This document shows, piece by piece, positions 17,044 to 23,566 of a DNA stretch of 32,000 bases (positions are counted from its first letter, which is position 1; the number at the start of each line of letters is the position of its first letter). The DNA lies in the NCBI GenBank assembly GCA_029781135.1, contig JAKOXH010000031.1:112697-144696 (forward strand). Direction: 5' to 3'. The translations under genes were made by a program, and so were the position numbers. The stretch comes from Planctomycetota bacterium (lineage in GTDB: Bacteria; Planctomycetota; Planctomycetia; Pirellulales; Lacipirellulaceae). The notes under the pieces were generated by a model. It searched no databases and had not been told where the DNA came from. It was given only the letters and a program-made list of their open reading frames with translations.

Positions 17044-20000
17044 TTCGGGCAGGGCTTCGACGTCGGGGACCAGGTAGCGGTTGTCGTCGAGATCAAGGAG
17101 GATCTTGCCGCGTTCGCCGAAGTCTTGCACCTGGCTTTGGCTCCAGCGCATCGTGAATTGGCGCGGGCCGTGGGCGGTGCGGACGTCGAGCGTCAAGTGC
17201 CCAAGCTCGAGCTTGATCGAATCGACGCCCGTGACGGTTTGTAGCCAGTAGCGGCGGTTGAGGGCCTCGCGCACGAGCACGCGGGCTTCCACGGGCCACT
17301 CGTCGAGGCGCCGCACGATGCCGATTTCGTGCTCGGTGCCGTCGCGGTTCCACACGCGGAGGCTGATGTAGTCGTCCGGGTTGGTGGCCGGGAAGAGGTT
17401 GACGGCGAACACACCACGCCACGTGGTCGAGTCTCTCCGAGACTCGAACGAACTGTTAAAGTCTGGCGGTGATTTGGAATCCGCGTCTCGGAGAGACGCC
17501 GCCACATGCACTTCCATGCCGCCGAGGCGGGCGGTGTGGATACGTGTATCGTTGGGCGTGAGCCAGCGTAGCTGACTTGATTGGTTGATGGCCGACGACT
17601 CGGCCGCCAATTCGTCGGTTGAGCGAGCTTCGCCCTGGAGACGCACGAGGTTCGCGTACTGGCCGCCATGAGCGATCAACAGTTCGTGGGTGCCTTGCTC
17701 GACGAGCCGACCGCGATCGAACACCAGAATGCGATCAGAATCGCGCAAGGTCGATAGCCGATGGGCGATGGCGATGGTGGTTCGCCCGCAAGTGAGGGCC
17801 TTGAGGGCTTGCTGAATCGCCTGCTCACTTTCGGCGTCGATGTTGCTCGTCGCTTCGTCGAGCACCAGGATCGGCGGATCGTACAGAATCGCCCGGGCGA
17901 TCGACATCCGTTGCCGTTCGCCGCCAGAAAGTCCGGCACCGCGTTCGCCCAGCCAGGTATCGTAACCCAGCGGCGAGTTGAGAATGAAATCGTGAGCCTG
18001 GGCAGCCTTGGCCGCCGCGATGGCTTGTTCCGGTGTGCTTTCCGGCATCCCGTACACAAGGTTCTGCCAAATCGTACCGCGGAACAGGAACGGGTCTTGG
18101 AGCACGACGCCGATGTGCCGACGCAGCTGCCCAGAAGGCAGCCGTCGCACATCAATGCCATCGACCAACACGCGGCCTTCGCAGACGTCGTAGAACCGGC
18201 AGAGCAAGTTGACGAGCGTCGTTTTGCCGCTGCCGCTTTTGCCCACGATACCGATCGTCTCGCCGGCGCGAATTTCGAAGTCGATATCGCGCAGCACCGG
18301 CTGATGCCGCTCGTAGCCGAACGTAACGTGGTCGAAACGGATATGACCAAGGGCGGAGGGAGTGGGAGAATGGGAGAGTGGGAGAGTGGGAGAATCAGGT
18401 GAGCGGTCGTTCGAAGGGTCTCCCCCTCTCCCCCTCTCCTTGTCTCCCCCTCTATTCATCGAAGTAATTTCGGGTAAGTTCAGAGGATCGGATGGCTCCA
18501 TCACTTCCACCGGCGTATCGAGCAATTCAAATACACGTTGGCAACCGGTAAGAAAGTTAGTCAGCCACGTGGTGAATTGCGAAAGCGTAGCCAACGGCGT
18601 GTAGAACATCGCCAAGTACGCCAGGAACGCCATCAGCGAGCCGAGAGACATGGTGCCGGCAAGAACATCGCGACCGCCGACATACCAGACGATCAGGCCA
18701 CCCAAACTGAAAATGAGTTGCATTGTCGCGGAAAACGCGGCCGTCGAATAATCAACGTGCATGCGACAGGCACGCAGGTAATCGCTAATTTTGTTGAACC
18801 GGGCGAACTCGCGGTCCTCCTGGGCAAAGGCCTTCACGACGCGAATGCCGGAAAGCATGCCGGTGAGCATGCCAGCTTGTTTGGCGCTGGAATCCCAGTA
18901 GCGATAGTGCTTGGGATGGACGTGCTTCCAAAAGAACCAACTGCCGGCGATCACAAGCGGCGCTGGAATTAGCGTGAACAGCGCAAGTTTCGGGTTGAGC
19001 GTCGTGAGCATAATGCCCACAGCTGTCACCTGAACGATTTGTAGCAAGAAACCGCCCGTAATTTGGTGCAACAGGCTTTGAATGACTTCGCTGTCGTACG
19101 CCACGCGACTGGTGATCGAGCCGACTTGATGGCGGTCGTAATAGCCGAGACCCAGCATGTGGAGTTTTTCCACGAGCTTGGCGCGTAGATCGAAGGTAAG
19201 CGCCACGCCGACGCGAGTCGCCATCCGGCCTTTGGCAAAGTTGACCGCACTCAACACGAGCCGAGCGGCGGCGAGCGACGACACGACCACGAACAGGCCG
19301 AAGAACAGGCCGGGGGTGTCGGGCGAGCGTTGACCACTCTTGAGAATGTGATCGACCAGGTATTGCTGCAACTTGGGTGGCGTGAGTTCGGCGGCCACGG
19401 CCAAACACATGAGGCCGCACATCACGAAAGCAGTGACACGATACGGCCACAACATTTGCACGAGCCGAGCAAGGATGGCCTTGCGGGGAATACAGCGCGG
19501 ACAAGCTTCATTCGGCACGGGCAAGCGCTGTCCGCACTTTTCGCAGTGTGTTTTCTTGGGAGTCGCGTCTTCCTGAAACTCGACCTTGCCGTCAGTGCGC
19601 AGGTCTTCCAGGTACTTAGCCAGGCGACTGAAGCGATCGGCCTCAGTATTGGGAAAGCGGGCCAGGTCGACCCAATAGTCGTCGACGTAGGCTTGAAGGA
19701 AGCCGGAGCCAACCGCGTTTTGCGTGCGGAACTCGCGGACCTGGGAAACGGGCACATGCACAACGACGCTTGGCGCCGCAGCGCCGTTTGGTTCACCAGA
19801 TGGCGAGAGGGGGAGAGGGGGAGAGGGGGAGGATCTTGAGTGGAGCGTTTTCGACGGAATCTCCCCCTCTCCCCCTCTCCCATTCTCCCGCTCTTTGGCT
19901 GCCTCGCCCTCTTTGATCGCGGCCACATTTTCGCGCGTGGCCACGATCCAGTTCCGCTCTGGCTCGCCAGACAGCGAGAGCTCGCTGCTGGCACAGAGCA

Positions 20001-20073
20001 GCACGGGCACGCCGTTGAGACCACGACGGTCCAGTTCTTCATGAACATCCACCGGCAATTCTTCAGTAAACAT
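17005..20073 (-). CDS. Multidomain ABC exporter: N-terminal cytoplasmic domain + zinc ribbon + type I exporter TMD + NBD + C-terminal DUF1854-like domain
   Basis: 1022 aa. Contains HCEKCGQRLPVPNEACPRC, six-TM region, Walker A GKSGSGKTT, signature LSGGERQR, and Walker B ILVLDEATS. The roughly 190-aa C-terminal extension ends in ...DDNRYLVPDVEALPEREQELFLRYVYW. Confidence 0.85.
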   Translation of the reverse strand: MFTEELPVDVHEELDRRGLNGVPVLLCASSELSLSGEPERNWIVATRENVAAIKEGEAAKERENGRGGEGEIPSKTLHSRSSPSPPLPLSPSGEPNGAAAPSVVVHVPVSQVREFRTQNAVGSGFLQAYVDDYWVDLARFPNTEADRFSRLAKYLEDLRTDGKVEFQEDATPKKTHCEKCGQRLPVPNEACPRCIPRKAILARLVQMLWPYRVTAFVMCGLMCLAVAAELTPPKLQQYLVDHILKSGQRSPDTPGLFFGLFVVVSSLAAARLVLSAVNFAKGRMATRVGVALTFDLRAKLVEKLHMLGLGYYDRHQVGSITSRVAYDSEVIQSLLHQITGGFLLQIVQVTAVGIMLTTLNPKLALFTLIPAPLVIAGSWFFWKHVHPKHYRYWDSSAKQAGMLTGMLSGIRVVKAFAQEDREFARFNKISDYLRACRMHVDYSTAAFSATMQLIFSLGGLIVWYVGGRDVLAGTMSLGSLMAFLAYLAMFYTPLATLSQFTTWLTNFLTGCQRVFELLDTPVEVMEPSDPLNLPEITSMNRGGDKERGRGGDPSNDRSPDSPTLPLSHSPTPSALGHIRFDHVTFGYERHQPVLRDIDFEIRAGETIGIVGKSGSGKTTLVNLLCRFYDVCEGRVLVDGIDVRRLPSGQLRRHIGVVLQDPFLFRGTIWQNLVYGMPESTPEQAIAAAKAAQAHDFILNSPLGYDTWLGERGAGLSGGERQRMSIARAILYDPPILVLDEATSNIDAESEQAIQQALKALTCGRTTIAIAHRLSTLRDSDRILVFDRGRLVEQGTHELLIAHGGQYANLVRLQGEARSTDELAAESSAINQSSQLRWLTPNDTRIHTARLGGMEVHVAASLRDADSKSPPDFNSSFESRRDSTTWRGVFAVNLFPATNPDDYISLRVWNRDGTEHEIGIVRRLDEWPVEARVLVREALNRRYWLQTVTGVDSIKLELGHLTLDVRTAHGPRQFTMRWSQSQVQDFGERGKILLDLDDNRYLVPDVEALPEREQELFLRYVYW
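18355..18453. repeat. In-frame hairpin element inside the ABC gene (TMD-NBD linker)
   Basis: Arm ggagggagtgggagaatgggagagtgggagagtgggagaat, loop, then tctccccctctccccctctccttgtctccccctct. Encodes RGGDKERGRGGDPSNDRSPDSPTLPLSHSPTPS. Confidence 0.8.
19805..19894. repeat. In-frame hairpin element inside the ABC gene (N-terminal domain)
   Basis: Arm gagagggggagagggggagagggggagg, a 27-nt loop, then tctccccctctccccctctcccattctccc, with about 20 bp of perfect pairing. Encodes GRGGEGEIPSKTLHSRSSPSPPLPLSPS. Confidence 0.85.
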
Positions 20074-20128
20074 GGCTATCCGTGAGGCAAATCAATGCGA
20101 GTAATAAGGGAAGAACCGAGCGGCTCCC

Positions 20129-20150
20129 CGGCAACAACGTGTTGTTGCCG
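20129..20150. promoter_or_regulatory. Perfect 22-bp palindrome upstream of the ABC gene (candidate operator)
   Basis: cggcaacaacgtgttgttgccg, 56-77 nt upstream of the ABC start codon. Confidence 0.3.
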
Positions 20151-20395
20151 CGCGGCCCGGTGCCCAGAAAGTAAGTACGCCGCACTAAGCTAGCGAACGG
20201 CGGTTATCGCCTGTGAAGGTGCGATTCATAGCAAACTGGCCCGCATGCGAAAAGGGCAGTGATGCCAGCAGCAAATAACGCCATTACATCGGATGGGGCC
20301 CTTCAAGAACGCAGTGGTGGCGAGCTTGTTGGGAGTACCTGGATTAGCCCCCGCTGCTCGCTACAAGCCGTGGCAATTATTTCAGTCCGTACAAC

Positions 20396-21310
20396 ATGGA
20401 CAATATGCCGCGGAGAAAAATTTTTCTAAAATCTCTTGGGGCGGCATGGCTAGTCGTCGCCACCGAGTTCGCAACCCGCGAATGTGTCCGAGAACTTGTG
20501 GAATTGAAATTGATGAATTCGCTTCGAGCTGTTCTTGCCACTTTCTTAGTTCTTCTGCCGCAAGCAGTTGTTTCCGGTACAGAACCCGTGCTTCGCGACA
20601 GCGAGGGCGGCATCGTCCGCGGCGATTTGAAAACGAAGTCGCTTGCTCTGGCTTTCACCGGCGACGAACAAGGCGAAAGCACCGCACCCATTCTGGATGT
20701 GCTCAAGCAGCGGAAACTCCGCGCGTCGCTGTTTGTAACGGGGAACTTTCTGCGGCAGCCCGCCTTGCGGCCGTTACTAAAGCGCGCTCTTGCCGAAGGG
20801 CACTACGTCGGGCCGCACTCCGACCGGCATTTGCTTTACGCGGCGTGGGAAGATCGCGGTAAATCACTGGTGACGCGCGATGCGTTTACATCGGATCTTC
20901 GCCAGAACATTTGTGATCTGCACGCAATTGGCGCGTTGCGCGGTAACGGCCCGATTTACTTCATTCCGCCCTATGAGCAGTTCAACCGCGAACAGGTGGC
21001 TTGGGCGCGGGAATTAGGCGTGACGCTAATCAACTTCACGCCGGGCAGCGGTTCAAATCGCGATTATGCTCCGGAAGGCGATGCCCACTTTGTCACCTCG
21101 CAGCGAATCTATGACGACATCCTCACGTATGAACAGCGCGACCCGCACGGGCTGAACGGGTTCATCCTCCTGCTGCATCTGGGTTCAGGTCGGAAAGACC
21201 CGTTTCACCCGCGGCTTGGCCCGCTGTGTGATGAACTCACAAAGCGGGGCTACACGTTCTTACGCGTCGATGAACTGCTGCCCATGCCCACCCCGCAGAC
21301 TCCGAAATGA
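20396..21310 (+). CDS. Polysaccharide deacetylase (CE4/NodB-homology) family protein, exported
   Basis: Contains LALAFTGDE...ASLFVTGNFL and GPHSDRH (HSxxH-type motif). There are two candidate signals: Tat-like MPRRKIFLKSLGAAWLVVA from ATG 20396, and Sec-like MNSLRAVLATFLVLLPQAVVSG from ATG 20513. Confidence 0.75.
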   Translation: MDNMPRRKIFLKSLGAAWLVVATEFATRECVRELVELKLMNSLRAVLATFLVLLPQAVVSGTEPVLRDSEGGIVRGDLKTKSLALAFTGDEQGESTAPILDVLKQRKLRASLFVTGNFLRQPALRPLLKRALAEGHYVGPHSDRHLLYAAWEDRGKSLVTRDAFTSDLRQNICDLHAIGALRGNGPIYFIPPYEQFNREQVAWARELGVTLINFTPGSGSNRDYAPEGDAHFVTSQRIYDDILTYEQRDPHGLNGFILLLHLGSGRKDPFHPRLGPLCDELTKRGYTFLRVDELLPMPTPQTPK

Positions 21311-21328
21311 CCTGCCGTGGGGGAAGTT

Positions 21329-22105
21329 CTACTTTTTCGCGTGGGCAGCGGCGGGCACCTTTGGCACACTTGGGAGTGCCGGTGCCGTGCCCGGCGCTTT
21401 GGCTGAAGTTTCTGTGAGTAGGAAGATCTCGACGCAATCATTTTCGTTCTGCATCGACGCTTCGAGGTCCGTCGTCAAGGGGTCATTCGCGCCCGATTGG
21501 CTTAAGCGGACACGTTCCGGCTCAATCTTGTTGCGGAGCAGGAAGTTCATCACTTCTACGCTGCGCGCGTAGCATAATTTCCAATGATCGCCATTGTAAG
21601 GGCCGTTAGTAGCCAGCGGTCGGCGCGTCGAATGGGCGCGCAGCTCGATCCGGTTTTGTTTGCCTTGGATCGCGGGCAACAGGTCGCTCAATCGTTGCTT
21701 GGCGACCTTGTCTAACTCCGCGGAGCCATTCGCGAATTGCACTACCAACGCGGGTACGCTGCGATCGTTGCTGTTAATGATGTACACCTTCTGGCGTTGC
21801 TGCCAAACCGAAGCGGCCCCAGCTTCTTTTTCGGTAGCATTTTCCTGGTTGGATTGTGGCCAGCGGTTTGGCAACATGCCATTCGAAGCGTCTCCGAACG
21901 GAGCACTTCCACTGATGCCCGAGGGCGACATCATCGTGGGCGTGGAGCTTTCTTGCGTGGTGCCCCAAGGATCCTGAAAGTAGCCGCCGATGGCTTCCTT
22001 GACTTCCTCGCTTTGCGCGGTGAGCCACATGACCATGAAGAAGGCCATCATCGCCGTGACGAAGTCCGCATAGGCCACTTTCCATGCACCGCCGCTGCCA
22101 GCCAT
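21329..22105 (-). CDS. motB: Flagellar motor stator protein MotB (OmpA-like C-terminus)
   Basis: AWKVAYADFVTAMMAFFMVMWL plug/TM signature with the conserved Asp. Has a C-terminal OmpA-like region. Confidence 0.9.
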   Translation of the reverse strand: MAGSGGAWKVAYADFVTAMMAFFMVMWLTAQSEEVKEAIGGYFQDPWGTTQESSTPTMMSPSGISGSAPFGDASNGMLPNRWPQSNQENATEKEAGAASVWQQRQKVYIINSNDRSVPALVVQFANGSAELDKVAKQRLSDLLPAIQGKQNRIELRAHSTRRPLATNGPYNGDHWKLCYARSVEVMNFLLRNKIEPERVRLSQSGANDPLTTDLEASMQNENDCVEIFLLTETSAKAPGTAPALPSVPKVPAAAHAKK

Positions 22106-22170
22106 TGCTTGCCTCTGTTCGCTTCACTGAAGGTTGAAATCTATCTGCTCCGTTAGCCCGTTCTCGATGC

Positions 22171-22256
22171 GAGACAAGGAGACAAGGAGAGGGGGAGACA
22201 AGAAGATCGCGATTCACACTTGTCTCCTTGTGTCCTTGTCTCCTTGTCTTCCTCTC
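22171..22256. repeat. Hairpin element (GAGACAAG octamer arms) between motA and motB
   Basis: Arm gagacaaggagacaaggagagggggagacaag, a 13-nt loop, then cttgtctccttgtgtccttgtctccttgtct. The right arm touches the motA stop codon (22255-22257). Confidence 0.85.
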
Positions 22257-23115
22257 ACGCTGCTTCCGCTTCCTTAAACCAGGCATCCAGCTCTTCGCGT
22301 TCCGGGCGGAACTCCGTCGACACGCTGCGGCGTGCCATTTCGATCGCCACTTTGGGGGGCAAGTTGTTGGCAAAGCCGACAATGGCCGACGCAATTACCT
22401 TGAAGAACGCCCCTTCCTGTAAACCCATGTTATGCAAGCGCACTGAAAGCGGGGCCGCGAAACCGTACGACAACAAAATCCCCAAAAACGTACCTACCAG
22501 GGCCGCCCCCACTTTGTGACCAATCTCGGCCGGTGGGCCATCGATGTGCGCCATCGTGATCACGATGCCCAGCACGGCTGCCACAATCCCAAACCCGGGC
22601 AACGCATCGGCCACCGATTGCAGAGCGTGCGACGGCGCATGGTGCTCGTCTTCCATGATCCGCAGTTCGATTTCCATCAGGTCGGCGATCTGTTCGGGCT
22701 TTACCGTGGCGTCGACCAGCGGCCCCATGCCGCCACAAATGAAGTGCAGCAGATGGTGGTCGTGCGCGACCTTCGGATACTTGTTGAAAATGGTGCTGTC
22801 GTGAGCTTTCGAAAGGTGTGGTTCCAGGGCGAGCATGCCGTCGCGGCGGGCGAGCCGCAGCAAGTCGTAAAGGCATTTGAACGACGCTTCATACGCCGCT
22901 TTGTTGTAGGGTGATCCTTTCAGTGCGCCGATGAGGCCCTTGACCATGTCGATCAAGACCTTCTTGGGCGTGGCGACGATCATCCCGCCCAACGCCGCGC
23001 CACCGATCGTCACGAACTCAGAAGGGTGAATGAGCGCGCCGATCTGCCCGCCGGCCATCATGAAGCCGCCGAGTACCGAGCCAATGACAACAAGAATACC
23101 AACGATTACAAGCAT
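22255..23115 (-). CDS. motA: Flagellar motor stator protein MotA
   Basis: 286 aa, collinear with my memory of E. coli MotA: MLVIVGILVVIGSVLGGFMMAGG..., LPGFGIVAAVLGIV, ALVGTFLGILLSYGF. Confidence 0.9.
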   Translation of the reverse strand: MLVIVGILVVIGSVLGGFMMAGGQIGALIHPSEFVTIGGAALGGMIVATPKKVLIDMVKGLIGALKGSPYNKAAYEASFKCLYDLLRLARRDGMLALEPHLSKAHDSTIFNKYPKVAHDHHLLHFICGGMGPLVDATVKPEQIADLMEIELRIMEDEHHAPSHALQSVADALPGFGIVAAVLGIVITMAHIDGPPAEIGHKVGAALVGTFLGILLSYGFAAPLSVRLHNMGLQEGAFFKVIASAIVGFANNLPPKVAIEMARRSVSTEFRPEREELDAWFKEAEAA

Positions 23116-23396
23116 GGGTCAGCCGATCTATGGTGCCTACAGGGACGCAGCGAGCGCTTTGCATCCGACGCCAAGCCAGCACAACGTGTAGTGCTGGCGC
23201 GGTGGCACGTGGATGCCTGAGCAAACATAGCTTGGGGAAAGCGCAAAAACGTGGCAAAAAACCGCGATTTGTACGGCCTTCATGGATCGTTTACACGGCC
23301 TCGCGGCATGTGGTGGCACCGCTATAATCGGCCCGTAGAGAACGCAAATCCGCTAGAATCGGCCTGACAAGGAAACGAAGGGAAGCTGGAAAGACT

Positions 23397-23504
23397 TGTG
23401 GGAGAGGTCTCCGACCCCGATGGGACGCCGTGCTTCAATCCGTTCTCGAAGTTGGCGCGAAATCGGCGTCGGAGACGCCTCCCACACAGCTCCCACACAG
23501 CTCC
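23397..23504. repeat. Inverted REP-like pair plus tandem 11-mer
   Basis: tgtgggagaggtctccgac (23397-23415) pairs with gtcggagacgcctcccaca (23468-23486). ctcccacacag is tandemly repeated at 23479-23500. Confidence 0.7.
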
Positions 23505-23566
23505 GCCAATTTGAAAAAGTGATCGGCCCTGGTGGGCCATTGGTAGGCACCCAGCAATTCCCACAA

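Noticed and set aside
16061-17156. Small ORFs (61-75 aa) containing VRLKPDLRCVTNTR-type peptides; a similar one lies at 1727-1963
   Set aside because: They are translations of REP-like palindromic repeats and recur wherever the repeat occurs, so they are not genes.
17676-19504. Alternative-frame ORFs of 224 and 239 aa on the - strand (17676-18350 and 18785-19504)
   Set aside because: They overlap the ABC exporter reading frame, which carries Walker A/B and signature motifs. The alternative frames are Arg/Ser/Pro-rich noise.
20293-20862. 189-aa + strand ORF overlapping the deacetylase gene
   Set aside because: It is in a different frame from the CE4-motif-bearing ORF, with Arg-rich low-complexity sequence.
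23116-23330. Sigma-28 promoter immediately upstream of motA
   Set aside because: A gccgat motif near 23122 is on the wrong strand for motA, and no TAAA-N15-GCCGATAA arrangement was found close to the start codon. The more distant direct repeat is kept only as a low-interest finding.
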